NCBI GenBank assembly: GCA_013239625.1
Contig: MU053873.1
Location: forward strand, 2,370,524 to 2,434,523
From: Lama guanicoe
Taxonomy: Eukaryota
DNA length: 64,000 nt
Reading direction: 5' to 3'
Every line of letters begins with the position of its first letter. Within the stretch, counting starts at the first letter, position 1. The position numbers were made by a program, and so were the translations under genes. Under the pieces are notes generated by a model. It did no database searches. It had not been told where the DNA came from and saw nothing but the letters and a program-made list of their open reading frames with translations. This document shows, piece after piece, positions 24,500 to 36,379 of this stretch.

Positions 24500-24680
24500 C
24501 ACTATCTCTCGCCTTCTCATTTCATCCCTGTAACAGACCTGCAAGGTAGACTTTATTATCCACATTTTATATAAAAGGTTCAGAGAGGTATAGTGATTGT
24601 TCCAAAGTCACACAGCTAAAAGAGATGAAGCCAGGATTTATATTATGGTTTGTCTGAGTCTCTGAGCTCCAGGCTTTACA
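24500..24680 (-). mobile_element. MIR SINE
   Basis: TATTATCCACATTTTATA...GGTTCAGAGAGG...AAGTCACACAGCTA. Confidence 0.8.
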
Positions 24681-24835
24681 GTTAGGAGAATCTGGGTTCA
24701 AATCCTAGCCCCTCCACTTATTAGATTTTGACCTTGGACAACACTGTGTATCTCTGAATGGGCACATCTGTAAAGTGGGGCTAATTGATTCCTCCTCCAG
24801 TGGGGCTGCTGATGGCTAGATCAGATGTGTAGAAT
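24680..24835 (+). mobile_element. MIR SINE
   Basis: CTGGGTTCAAATCCTAGCCCCTCCACTTATTAG...TGACCTTGGACAA...CATCTGTAAAGTGGGG. Confidence 0.85.
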
Positions 24836-25284
24836 GTGGGGCTCTTGCTGGGTGGAGAGAGAGCTGACTCAGGCAGAGGCCTGCGCCTGCTTCTCACTGG
24901 ACGGTTATTAACCAGAGCATCAGACTCTGCATTAGGCAGGGGGCAATTTGTCCGCCTCCTCCTCCACCTGCAGAATCGATCTCCACGCTCAGCTACCTCA
25001 TTGAGATTCAGGTCCTCAGCACCGGGACTCCATCCCAGTGTCTGGTCAATAGCTTATATTTTTAATTTGTCAATAATCAGTCAGGACCTTGGCCAGTGCC
25101 CCGCAGAGGGCTCAGCAAGATTGCTCTGCAGCAGGGAGAGGAGGGCAGTGTGTGTGAAGGGGAACAGACTCTGAGCTGGGCTGACAGACCCAGGTGGGGA
25201 TGCAGGACAGCTGGGTACCCACAGCAGCCTGACTTCTGGGCCATGGCCTGGGTGTCAGGAGACCTAGGGAGTCACAGATAAGTA

Positions 25285-25535
25285 CATGAGACTGAAGCCA
25301 AAAAAAACCTAGGTTCAATTTCAGCTCTGCCACTTTAAGGATAGATAGCTTTGGCCAAGGTGCCCTTGACCAAGAGACTGACCTCTCAGAGCCTCCATTT
25401 CCCCATTTGTCATGCAGTCACCATAGTAGTAACACATGACTCACAGGGTTGGAGAACAGTCAAGTGAGTTAATACATGCAAAGTGCCTAGAAGAGTGCCT
25501 AGCAGCCAGTGGGCACATTTTTCACATTAACTTTT
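25285..25535 (+). mobile_element. MIR SINE
   Basis: GGTTCAATTTCAGCTCTGCCACTT...GAGTTAATACATGCAAAGTGCCTAGAAGAGTGCCTAGCA. Confidence 0.88.
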
Positions 25536-25669
25536 GTGATTATTTTTTAAGAGTCAAATGAGAGAGACAATTTGTAAGTAAACAGTGATTATCAGTGCAT
25601 TTGCTGATTCTCAATACAGATGGGGAGCCTGACACTCACAGAGGGGAAATGATCATCTCCATTTAAGAG

Positions 25670-25775
25670 ACAAGGAAGCTGAGACTTGCCCAAGGTCACA
25701 CAGCTGGGGTTGGTGGAGCCAGGGTTGCAAACCCATGGAGTCTAACTCCAGGCCTCCTGTTTCTAGCCACCATCC
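25670..25775 (-). mobile_element. MIR SINE fragment
   Basis: GACTTGCCCAAGGTCACACAGCT...GGAGCCAGGGTTGCAAACCCA. Confidence 0.8.
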
Positions 25776-27139
25776 AAATACAGATACTACAACTTAAGTG
25801 TCCAAAACCAAGAGGGAAACAATGCCACTCTACCTCCCTCCCTCTGTTCTTGGCATTTTTTGTAAATAAGTGCATTGCTTCCTTTTCTCTCTGACAAACA
25901 GGCACCGGTGCCCACTGGAAGGAAGGAGAGCAAGAAAATACATTTTCCTCATGAGTCTTTACCCATGCTGTCACAAAAAAAAAAAAAACCTCAGTTCTTA
26001 CCTGTCCTGTGTCCCTCCCTCCATTAAAAGAGCCCAGGAGAGACCCATGAGCACTGGAACAGAGGTGGCTGAAGAAGCTGGCATTGCCCCAGGAGAGAGC
26101 AGGGGTCTTCCCAAGGTCAAAGGACAGAGAGCGTCAGAGCCAGGACATGAACACAGGCCATCAGTGGCCAGCCCGGGGCTTCCTTGGCTGTCTGTGTCTG
26201 TTTCCCTGGTCCTTTGCCTCTAAGATCATGAGTGCCTGAGTCTCTAACACGCTGTCACTCTTGGCGCCTCTTCTTGTGGACCTCACCGTCAGGCTCCACA
26301 GAACAGGGAGACTCTCTGAGACAATGCAGGCAAATGCTCTGACACTCTCAGTTGTCCAGCAGGCTCACGAGAAACACGTGCTCCTGCAGCCTCCACCACT
26401 GCAGCCTCCGGGACCCATGCAGCGCTGGCACTTTCCTCCCTTTTTCATCCTGCCAGGCTCCCTGGTCTCCAGAGAATCTACCCCCTGAGTCTGCACCTAT
26501 TGAAATAAGCTTTTCCACCAGAAAACTCCCCAGACATCAGTAGAATCCCCCACAGGTAGAATTCAGAAGCTGTTAAGTGTCCCTAGAGACTCCCTGAGCT
26601 CCTGGGACCGACTGTGAAGTGTAGATCACAGGTGGGATCCCAGAGAGCCCTGGAATATCATTTCCTCGGGACACTCAATGGCCGCCAAGCAAAACCCCCT
26701 CCTACTGAACAGAGGGGAAACTGAGAGCTGGAGAGGGGCAGTGACTTGCTGCAAGGTGCAGAGACAGCTGGTGCAGGGCTGGGGTTCTGTTCTCTACGCC
26801 TGGCACCCCTCACCTCCTCGCCAGCACTGGGAGGTGGGAGGGCCAGAGCAAACCCATCCTCAGGGCTGTAGACAATTCCAAGGGAAACAGGCTTTCTGGG
26901 GAGTCTCCTAGTGGGGAGACTTCACAGACTAGGGTAAATGGAATTAGGAGGGTGAGTTCTGTCTATGGTTTGCTGTGTGAACCCAGGGAGGTCACTTTCC
27001 CTCTCCAGATCTTAGTTACTCTATAAAGGACCGTAACAAGTCATCAAAGTAATCAGGAGGATAAAGCACCACCACCACCACATCACCTTCACCATCATCA
27101 CCTTTTCCTCCTCCCTTCCTTCATGTCCTCCTCCTTCTT

Positions 27140-27375
27140 CTTTGCAGCTCTCATCTGTTAAATATTTGCACCATACTCAAGACATACTTCAAAAAAGCTT
27201 GTAAGAAGCTTAAGAGGAAGTTCTTACTACCTATTTTCCAGGTGATAAAACTCAGGGTCGGAAAGACTGATTTGCTTATCCTAGATCACCATAAGATTCC
27301 CAGAGAGGCAACCAGTATTTGGACCTGGGCAGCCAGAGAGTCAGCAACCTTAACCCCTGCTCAACCCTCCTCCCA
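27140..27375 (-). mobile_element. MIR SINE
   Basis: CCTATTTTCCAGGTGATAAAACTCAGG...ATTTGGACCTGGGCAG. Confidence 0.65.
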
Positions 27376-27949
27376 TGCATAAGAACATGGCCACGAAGGA
27401 GACCCTGCAAAGGTCGGTGATGATTCACCCCACTGATGTTCTTACTGGTTTCACAAACCAGAGCAGTCGTGTTTGAAGCCAAGCATGAAGCATTTGGTCA
27501 GCATCCCAAGAGGACCAGCTTTAATCCTTCCTGCCTCTCCCTCAGCTGGGACAGAGAATGGCAGGTGGGTTTGCTGAGGAGCACTCAGATGTGAAACGGG
27601 TCAGAGAACAAATGAGGAGGGGAAATTTAACATGTTGGGGTTCCTCTGTGGCTGGGGGTCATCCATGTGGGAAATGAGTTCAGTCCACAGATTTCCCACG
27701 GGGCTGGAGGGTGTCAGCCAGCCTGGTGACAGGGAGGCCCTCGGGCAGGGAGGTGGAGGTGGCGTTGCTAAGCCTTTGTATCAGCACAGGGTCCCTTCCA
27801 GACTTTTCTTACCATCCAATGTGTCTGCCCCGCTGGCTGTGTGGCTTGGGGCAGACCTCCTCCCTCTCTGGGCCCCCATTTCTCTAACAGTGTAGCATAT
27901 ACAGTGGGGCTGAGAAACAGCAGTGCTGGCCTTCTTCAGAAGTTTCTAT

Positions 27950-28130
27950 CCACTGGTTAGAGCTTCTGACACCTACTACCTGCACATTAGAGTCACTTGG
28001 GCGGGGGAGCGGCCATCTTAAAAATGCCCAGGCCTCTGTCCCAAAATAATAATAATTGAATAAAAATACTTGGGGATTGGGTTCAGACATCAATATTCTT
28101 TAAGATTCCCCAGGTGGCTCGAATGACTAG
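27950..28130. mobile_element. MER5B-like hAT MITE
   Basis: CTGCACATTAGAGTCACTTGGG...CATCAATATTCTTTAAGATTCCCCAGGTG. Confidence 0.8.
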
Positions 28131-28403
28131 TGCTCTGTACCATCCCTTGAACAATGCCTCTGAATGGCAAGTGTAAGTAGTCCCATCTGACTGCTAAGAA
28201 AGGGAAGACCACACAGGGAAAGGATCTGCGGAAGGTCACAGGTGAAGACTCAGGGCTCTGTCCAGAGTGCTGAAATGGGCGGGCTCTGGACTCTAGCCTG
28301 AGGCTGCTGCATGTGCTCCTGGGATCCCAATCTCTCTCACCTTTGCACAGATTACTGTTCCCATAAAAGACATGTTTCTCTTGTTTTCTTCCTACCTTTC
28401 TCT

Positions 28404-28704
28404 NNNNNNNNNNNNNNNNNNNNNNNNNNNNNNNNNNNNNNNNNNNNNNNNNNNNNNNNNNNNNNNNNNNNNNNNNNNNNNNNNNNNNNNNNNNNNNNNN
28501 NNNNNNNNNNNNNNNNNNNNNNNNNNNNNNNNNNNNNNNNNNNNNNNNNNNNNNNNNNNNNNNNNNNNNNNNNNNNNNNNNNNNNNNNNNNNNNNNNNNN
28601 NNNNNNNNNNNNNNNNNNNNNNNNNNNNNNNNNNNNNNNNNNNNNNNNNNNNNNNNNNNNNNNNNNNNNNNNNNNNNNNNNNNNNNNNNNNNNNNNNNNN
28701 NNNN
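28404..28704. other. Assembly gap (301 N)
   Basis: Run of N. Confidence 1.
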
Positions 28705-29000
28705 AGACATGTTTCTTTTTTTCTTCCTACCTTTCTCTCTATATATAATTTTCTCTCTCCCTCACTCCCTCACCTCTTTCTTTTCATACATGTATCTCTT
28801 TCTCCTTCCTTCTCTTTCTCTCTCTCCTCTTTCCCTCTCACTTTCTCTCCGCTTCTTTGTTTCCCTCCACCTCTCTCTTTCCCTCTTCTGCATTTCTCTC
28901 TACTTCGTCTTCTTTTTGCCTCTCTCTCTCTGTCCATCTATCTCTCTTCTCCTTCTTCTCTTGCTGTCTCTCTCCTTGGTTCCAATCTCCCTCTTCCCAG
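28705..29000. repeat. CT-rich polypyrimidine low-complexity tract
   Basis: Direct reading. Confidence 0.9.
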
Positions 29001-29276
29001 CTGCTCCCCTGGACCATTGACTTGAATCTCTTCCTCAGCCAGTCCCTCTCCTTCTGGCTGCCTCTCCAAGAGCAAACACTGACCTCTAGCTCAGTTCTCC
29101 TTCCCTATCCTTTCCCAGCGCTTTGGAGAAGCCTAGTTTCTCCTTATGACCCTAGATGGGGATTCAGAACCGGAGATGTTTTTTCTTTTTCAGTCACTCA
29201 CTGTAGAGACATCCCACCACTGGGGAAAGTGGCTTTCCATAATCCAGTGGGGCAGTGGCTTCACATTATCACCCCA

Positions 29277-29278
<2 letters not shown>

Positions 29279-29315
<37 letters not shown>
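29279..29315. repeat. (CA)n microsatellite
   Basis: Perfect CA run. Confidence 0.98.
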
Positions 29316-29317
<2 letters not shown>

Positions 29318-29324
29318 GGAGACA

Positions 29325-29900
29325 CATTTCTTCAATCAAAAAGCCTCATGCTGAGCATCTACTGTGTGCAAGATTTTGGGAACACAGTAATCATGAACGT
29401 AGCCAGAACTGTTCTCCCCTCCTTCCAGTGAGGGAGATAGAAACCAAGCAAAGAATTTAGACACAGATTTAAATCCTTTGTCATCAAGATAATGGCCAAG
29501 ATGTTGGGATAGAGGATGACTTGGGGTGGAATGGGACTGCTTTATGCTGAAAGATCAAGGAAAGTATCTCTAAAGAACTGACATTTAAACTAAGACCTAA
29601 AAGATGAGAAGGAGCTGGCCATGCCAAGGGCCAGAAAAAGAGGATTTCAGGTGGAGGGCACAGTAAGCACAGAGGTCCTGGAAAGAACTTGATAAAGTCA
29701 AGTAACAAGAATAAGGCTCATACAGCTGGAATGAAGAGAGAAGTCAGGGGATGTGATCAGGGATAGCAACTGTCAGGCTCTTAATACCCTTGGAGGCTGT
29801 GAAACATAGTTTGTATCTTATTTCTGAAATCATGGGTTTGCAGCTGGGGCATGCCTGGCATCTCATTTGCATGGTCATTGGCCCCCAAGTGTAGTAAAAT
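29325..29900 (-). mobile_element. L2 LINE 3' portion
   Basis: CTGAGCATCTACTGTGTGCAAG...GACATTTAAACTAAGACCTAAAAGATGAGAAGGAGCTGGCCATG...GAGGGCACAG. Confidence 0.88.
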
Positions 29901-30087
29901 GGGAAAGAGTGGACTTGAGGACATAGATCGTTTCATAGTTGTGGCTTGGATTTAGAGGTTCTAGAAGAAGTGGGATTTTCCCTCTTCTCTTTCCCAACTC
30001 CACCCCATCAGGGCTTCCACATTTCTAACTCACCTAACCCCCTCACAGAACCCAGATCTAGGGCCCTGCCTCAGGAATGGTGGCTAC

Positions 30088-30268
30088 TGTCATCACCACC
30101 ACCATCATCATCACCACCACCACCACCATCATCACCTCCATCATCATCACCACCACCATCATCATCACCACCTCCATCGTCATCATCACCACCACCAACA
30201 TCATCACTACTATCAACATCCCCTCCATCATCATCATCACCGCCACCACTATAATCACCATTGTCATT
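30088..30268. repeat. (CAC/CAT)n trinucleotide repeat
   Basis: Direct reading. Confidence 0.97.
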
Positions 30269-30464
30269 ATTTCTAGGTGGCTCTAACTGACACAGGGATG
30301 AGAGCAAAGGATCAACGAAAGTATCCTGAATGGTCCAGTTCATATATTTTCCATAGAGGTCAGGAAAAATGTATTAATCCCATAAGCATTTACAGAATGC
30401 CAACTGTATGTAATACAGAGAGAAAAAGACCCCTGAGTGGCTAATATGAATACTAGGATCAAGA

Positions 30465-30650
30465 GCCTCTAACATTTATTGGACATTTGCTAAGGGCCAG
30501 TCCTCTTGCTAAGGGTTTTACATGAATTATCTCCTTCAATCCTTACGATAATCCTATGAGCCTTTTCACTTTTCTGATGAGAAACTAGAGACACAGGGAA
30601 CTGAGGCAATCAATTAGGCAAATTAAAATCTGTCTACTCTATGCCTATCC
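30465..30650 (-). mobile_element. MIR SINE
   Basis: TAACATTTATTG...TTTACATGAATTATCTCCTTCAATCCTTAC...GATGAGAAAACTAGAGAC. Confidence 0.8.
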
Positions 30651-31689
30651 TGGAGGCAATTTTTGGCTGCTCTTCCTGCCCCCAACCCCCTGAAAGTCTG
30701 TACTAATGGGTTAATAAGTTACCTTAGAGGAAACATATAGTTCAGAGATCAGTCTGCCCAAGCGACTCGCAATTTGAGCACTTCTAGTCCATTTATACTT
30801 GGTTTCTCTGAAACGGTCTTTTTATGTGTTTAAAAAAAAAAGGATAATTGCTCAAGAAAAGGTGACTACTGAAATAGTAATAGTAGTTTTAGAACTCATA
30901 TCCATGCTAGCCTTTAAGGGTGACTTCTTAAGCCCAAGGGATGATCTAGTTAATGGTAGAATTTCAGGCATGTTGTCAAGAAGAGGGGATAGTATATTTC
31001 TGAGTGAAAATCTGGGAGTGGTGGCTAATCCAGGGGTGGACGGTTTCAACGAGGACAGCCTATCCCTCGGGGCTAAGTGTCTGTCCTTCTCCTTAGAGAG
31101 GCCAAAAGGGAACCTCCTCACAGCACCCCCAGCACTGACAGCCCTCCCCCGTAAGCCCTCCCTCAGAGCTACAAGCTATTTCACCTCTTCTCCAACGCAT
31201 GACTAATAAGCGCTTCGTCAAAGGCAATATTCAGTCGCGCTGTGGGATGAGAGGACTCACGCACCATATATCACCCCAGCTGCTCTTACAAGCAGGAGAT
31301 CGATAGTTGAGCAATAGACATTTCATAATTAAAAGTAGACGAAGAAGAAGATGAAGACGACGGCGAAGAGGGAGGAGGAGGGGATTGGGGGTGGGGGAGG
31401 CAGGCGCCCTGGCAGATGGTCGTGCATTTTCCTTAGCTTTTTGATTCCCAAGGCTTTGGTGGATTTGCCAGAACAATAAGTCCTATTTGGAGCTGTCCCA
31501 AAAGGCTGGCTGGGAAGGGACTTCAGTAAAGTCACATGGTCTGTCCCCCTGCCTGGAGGCTGGCTGGGAATAAAGGCTGACATTTTTAGACTCACTGAAG
31601 TGCCTTTTAAGACCCCTCTAATGCCTTTCTGCATTCTCCAAAGCTGGCTGGAGTGGACGTGAGTTCCTATTCTCTACCCGGCAGCTGCA

Positions 31690-32230
31690 TCTCCATCCTT
31701 AAGTTAAGCTTACAGGCTTTCCTCTGGGAAAATCTCCACCTCAGGCTCATTTGGTCCTGCATGGGGTGAATGAGGCCTCCCCAATTCCGAGGTGGTCATA
31801 TGGATCTGATCTGGCCAATAAGAGCGTCCCATTCGTCCCAAGGCTGGAAGGACTGGCAGATGGATGCACATGTGACCCAAGTTAAGTCAATCAGGGTAAA
31901 TTCTGGGACTATCACTGGAGCTGTTTCTCTCTTAGCTGGGTTGCCAGACTCGGACGACAGAAACCTGAAGCTATCGGGGAGTATCCTGTCATCACGGATA
32001 AAAAATATATATATATCCAGCCAGCACACTGGAAAACAAAGCTGAGAGATGGAAATGTAGGAAAAGAGAGAGAAACCAACCAAGTCCTGGCGAAATTGAT
32101 GGACCTCTGAACTCAGCCACATATGGATCCAAGTTAGGCTCTTAGTTATGAAACCCCATAAATTCCCCTTTTGCCTAAATCATTTTGAATGGAGTTTTCA
32201 TCTCTGTAAGTTAAAGAGTACTGACAAATC
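31690..32230 (+). mobile_element. MaLR solo LTR (MLT1K-like)
   Basis: CTGGCCAATAAGAG...GCACATGTGACCCAAG...CAATCAG...AGCTGAGAGATGGA...ATAAATTCCCCTTTTGCCTAA. Confidence 0.8.
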
Positions 32231-32279
32231 CATTTATTTTTCTGGGTCCACCCATCTAATAAATGAGTTGCTCAGTGTA

Positions 32280-32450
32280 AAGGAAAAAGCACAGATGGAG
32301 TTGGATTCGAAGTCCAGTTCCTGGTTCCAGTATCTACTAGCTGTGTGATCTTGAGCAAACTGCCTAAACTTTTTGAATTCCGTTTCCTCATCTGTACAAT
32401 GGGTATGGTGCCTCCGCCAAAGAGTTGTTGTGAGGATTAAGATGGTACTT
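32280..32450 (+). mobile_element. MIR SINE
   Basis: TACTAGCTGTGTGATCTTGAGCAA...GTTTCCTCATCTGTACAATGGG...GTTGTTGTGAGGATTAA. Confidence 0.9.
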
Positions 32451-32759
32451 AGTTCTCAGGGAGCATGAAATACAGCTCAGTTCTTCCTCTCACCTTGGAG
32501 TATCTCACTCTGCTATGAAAGAGAATGAGGCTGTCATTGCAAAGACTCACCACTTACAATGACCATCATTTGCAGGAGCAAACTGGATCTGCTAGAATGC
32601 TCTGGTGTGGAGAAAAGACGATGTGTGGCAGCATCACCTGGACCGAATCTGCAAAACAGAAATTTATAAAACTTAATTGAGGTAACAGTTTTTCCTTAAG
32701 CACAGAATCAGCAGAAGGTAATCACGATGCTTTGAAGATAAAATATTATTTCTTGAATA

Positions 32760-32920
32760 TTCACATGGCATCATCCACTTTATTTGTATTATGTTATGTA
32801 ATTTTCACAGTTCTATGAGGAACCAAAGTCCAGAGAGGTGCAGTAACTGTCCTAAGGCCACACAGGTGGCAAGCCTGAGTCCAAAGTCTGGACCCCTAAG
32901 CACTGGGCTGTGGCAATTCC
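32760..32920 (-). mobile_element. MIR SINE
   Basis: ATGAGGAACCAAAGTCCAGAGAGGTGCAGTAACT...AAGGCCACACAG. Confidence 0.7.
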
Positions 32921-33094
32921 CAATAATAATGCCTGGATCTCGGATGCTGACCACATACTGAACAAGCCTCTCCAAGCATGTCTCCATTGAATCTTCTTAC
33001 CATCCTTTCAAGAAAAGCTTGGGACCCACTTTACTGGTAGAAAGCAGCAATGCTAGGTGCCAAGTATGCTTAAAGAAGAAGTCAAACTCCTCAT

Positions 33095-33530
33095 CGCTCA
33101 ATTTGGTATAAAATGCAATTTTATGTTACATATATTTTACCACAATTTTAAAATGGTAAAAAAAAATAACATTTTTTTAAAAGCACATACGCACATATTC
33201 TTTGACCTGCTGCTGGGGGGTACCCTGGAAAAATCACACTGACATCCTCAAAAGTCTATCAATGTTGTCCTGATTTTAAAACAAGGTATGTACATGTATA
33301 AGAAGCTATTTAAATTGTTCAAAAGAATGCGAATATATGTACGTATATGCATGGCTGGGACATTGTGCAGTACACCAGAAACTGGCACACTGTAACTGAC
33401 TATGCTTCAATAAATAAATAAATGTTTTTTTAAAAATTGTTTAAAAGAATGAAGTAGAACTGTTTACTAATATATTTGGATATAAAAAGGTATCCAAATA
33501 TATTAGTAAATGAAACAAGATGCAGAACAA
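33095..33530 (+). mobile_element. Cluster of old L1M 3' UTR fragments
   Basis: AATTTTATGTTACATATATTTTACCACAATTTTAAA; ATATTAGTAAATGAAACAAGATGCAGAACA. Confidence 0.6.
33330..33433 (+). mobile_element. Young, severely 5'-truncated lineage-specific (camelid-type) L1 3' end with 18-bp TSD
   Basis: GAATATATGTA...GGGACATTGTGC.GTACACCAGAAA..GCACACTGTAACTGACTAT.CTTCAATAAA tail; flanked by AAATTGTTCAAAAGAATG (33312-33329) and AAATTGTTTAAAAGAATG (33434-33451). Confidence 0.85.
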
Positions 33531-33899
33531 CAACAAAACACCCAACCGCAAAAACTCCTCCATGGTCCATTGCCTCCTCCCCATCAGCTTCACCCCTGTA
33601 CCTCTCCTCTGTGCTTCAGGCCCTGGGAACCTTTGCTCATCCCTCCCCTCTGCTGGGAATGCCCTTCTTTTCCACAGTCTCGAATGATGCCTCATCAGCC
33701 TCTGTGCCACAGTCCCTAGCACCGCCTGACACAGAAGAAGGATGCACTGGATGCCCAGTGGTGTGACTGGTGGGGACTGTGACCAGAGTCAGTCCCTGAC
33801 CTTGAGTCTCTTCCCCGGTCATCCTCTCCTGACCCCTGTGAACTCATGTGAGGTGGGAGGGTGAGGGAATAGAAGTGACACTCTTCAGGCATCTCCTTA

Positions 33900-34075
33900 G
33901 TTCCAGGTGCCATGCTGGGTATTTCCCTTAGACATGTTTTCTTTGAATCTTTAGTTTTGTCCTTTTATCATCCCATTTTACATGTAAGAAAACTGAGGTC
34001 ATAGGAGAGGAGATTTGACTCTGAAAAGGTTACCAGCAACTTGTTGCTGGCTTCAGGGTACAAACCTAGGTTGGA
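33900..34075 (-). mobile_element. MIR SINE
   Basis: ATCATCCCATTTTACATGTAAGAAAACTGAGG. Confidence 0.8.
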
Positions 34076-34729
34076 AAGAGAGTGCAGTGGAGCATCTGGT
34101 ACACCCAGCACCACGTCACGCCCAGCAGCACTGAGACTCAGCATGTGGTGGATTTCTTACATCTGATCTATACTTGTGTCATTCAGGCTATGCCAATACA
34201 CAAAGACTGGCCACTGGCAAACTGACCCATGGACAACTCCTTATTCACTGCTGTTAAGAAACCTGTAGGCCATCCCGAGAGCTGTCACCCTGTGACAATA
34301 TTGACAGAGCCCATGCCCCCACCTCATAAAACCCCAGTGTACACATGTGGGGAAAGCAAGCCCATCCTGTCTCGCTGAGAGAATAAGTGTAAGGAATTAA
34401 GGAGACTCTGATTAAACAAACAGATGTTTTTAGTCAGCAATAGAAGTGTCAACATGATCCTAATTAATGAATGTGTTAATGGCTGTTCTCTGTTTGAAGA
34501 CAATGGTCACCACCTTCTAGATGTATCTGCAATGACTCACAGGGCGCACACAAAGATGTGTGCACGGAGCCTGCATGGGGCAGGGGCGCCGTGATAAGCT
34601 CAGAGGCAGCACCAAGGAGTGTGCACTGCACTCACAAAAGGCACATACGGTGGACAGAGTCACACACAGGGAACATGCCCCAAGCCTGCAGAGACCGTGC
34701 AAGGACATGGGATGTCAGAGGATGTCAGA

Positions 34730-35110
34730 GGACACACAGGAATACACATTCACAACACACACCACATACCCACAATGCACACACGACACACAACACTTGG
34801 GCCATCCACACATCATCTAGAACAATACATAATGCACGCACAGCACCCATATCACCCACACAACACCCACACAAAACACATACCGCATATACAATGCCCA
34901 CAGGATACACCCGCACCATCCACATAACACACACACAATGCACACAAAACATCTGCACGTGCAACACACAGTACGTAACACGTATATTCAACATGCATAC
35001 ACCACATACACAACACACCTTAACACACACATGCACACACACACAATTCCAGAATAAAGCTCATGGCTCACAGAGTGCTAGCCTGACACATAGCACACAC
35101 ACTCACACAA
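34730..35110. repeat. Degenerate (CA)n-rich tract
   Basis: Direct reading. Confidence 0.9.
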
Positions 35111-35479
35111 AACTGAGTTGAGCTGTAACCATGCAATGATCTTTTTCATAAAGATATTGAGTAAAAAAACATTATGTAACTCTTACCATATTTATCCTTA
35201 CCAATGGTGTTTTTATTCATCTCAAAGGCTCTGGCTAGTGTGCAACTGAACAGCTCTCCCTTTTTACCCTGGCTGCTAGGAAGTTCAGAGCTAAATTTTG
35301 ATCCACATGTAGTAGGAGTGCTGGTTTTCACAGTACAGATTTCTGAGTATTTTATCTGGCACTGTTTTATGGCCATGTGCATTTCTCTTTCATTCTATTT
35401 TAAAGTATACTTTTAAATGAATTGATGTTTCTGGAACTATACGGGGGGTGGGTATGAAGAAAGATAAAGTTTAGTTAGA

Positions 35480-35640
35480 TGTATTAGGGCAGTTTAGCCG
35501 CTATAACAAACAGCCTCCAATTCTCATGGCTCAGCACAACAAGGCTTGTTTCTTGCTCACAGCACAGTCTAATGTGGGTTGTCATGACATAGGCGACTGC
35601 TCCACACAGTCATTCAGGGACCCAGGGCTCCCTCTGTCTA
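35480..35640 (-). mobile_element. MaLR LTR fragment (MLT1I/J-like)
   Basis: TGTATTAG...GCTATAACAAACAGCCTCCAA.TCTCATGGCT..CACAACAAGG.TT.TTTCTTGCTCAC...GTCATTCAGGGACCCAGG. Confidence 0.75.
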
Positions 35641-36059
35641 GTGGTATTAAAGTACAAGGAAAGAAAGTAGGATCCTGTCCTACAGGTGTAGCTGTGTCTC
35701 TATCCTTGCTCACTGTAGGACCTCACACTAGGGCCCAGGGTCGTGCCCAGAGGAGGAATAGATAGCCTCCAATGGGCAAGAAAGAAAAGACCCAAGTAGG
35801 GGTCTGTCTCTGAGCTGGGCATTGAGGACAAACCAATCCTGGATCTGCAGAGAAGGTGAAAAGCAGATGGTCAGACAGACGTCTGGACATATCCAACAGA
35901 GGCGAGACATGGTAGGGAGTTTGTGAAGACCAGTGGGGACCTCCTTCTAGCCAAAGAGAAGGATGCAAGATGGCGGTGGAGGGCCTTCCTGATGGAAGGA
36001 AAGGCAAAGCCAGTGCAAGAGAGCCTTGAGTGTCAGACATAACAATTATCTCTTTACAT

Positions 36060-36290
36060 CACAACGGTTTAAGGATCCAGCATCAGTTGGGCACTGAGAA
36101 CTGTGCTGAGGGCTTGCCTTGCGATTATTGTATCAATTTCCATAGTAACACCATGTAGCTTGGTACCACTGTGATCCACATTCACAGGAGTGAGCACTGA
36201 GGCTCAGAAAGATGAAGTGACTCAGCTGAATTCACACAGACAGAAAAGAGCACTGTCAGAGGTTGAAACAGTATACTTTCTTAACTGCTA
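36060..36290 (-). mobile_element. MIR SINE
   Basis: CACTGAGGCTCAGAAAGATGAAGTGACT. Confidence 0.75.
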
Positions 36291-36379
36291 CCCTCTGGGG
36301 CCTCCCCCTGTGTTATGGTCATCATTGTGGCAGGCAGGGCTACATGGGGATATGAGAGGGCAGCCTGACATGGGTTACC

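Noticed and set aside
25017..25040. REST/RE1-like TCAGCACC-G-GGAC
   Set aside because: Spacer one base short and right half-site poor.
28090..29025. ORFs of 145-217 aa spanning the gap
   Set aside because: Length is an artefact of N runs and CT-rich sequence.
29946..30343. Poly-Pro/Ser, poly-Gly/Asp and poly-Thr/Ile ORFs
   Set aside because: All are frames of one (CAC/CAT)n trinucleotide repeat.
34558..35121. 187-aa His/Thr-rich ORF
   Set aside because: Derived from a degenerate (CA)n tract.
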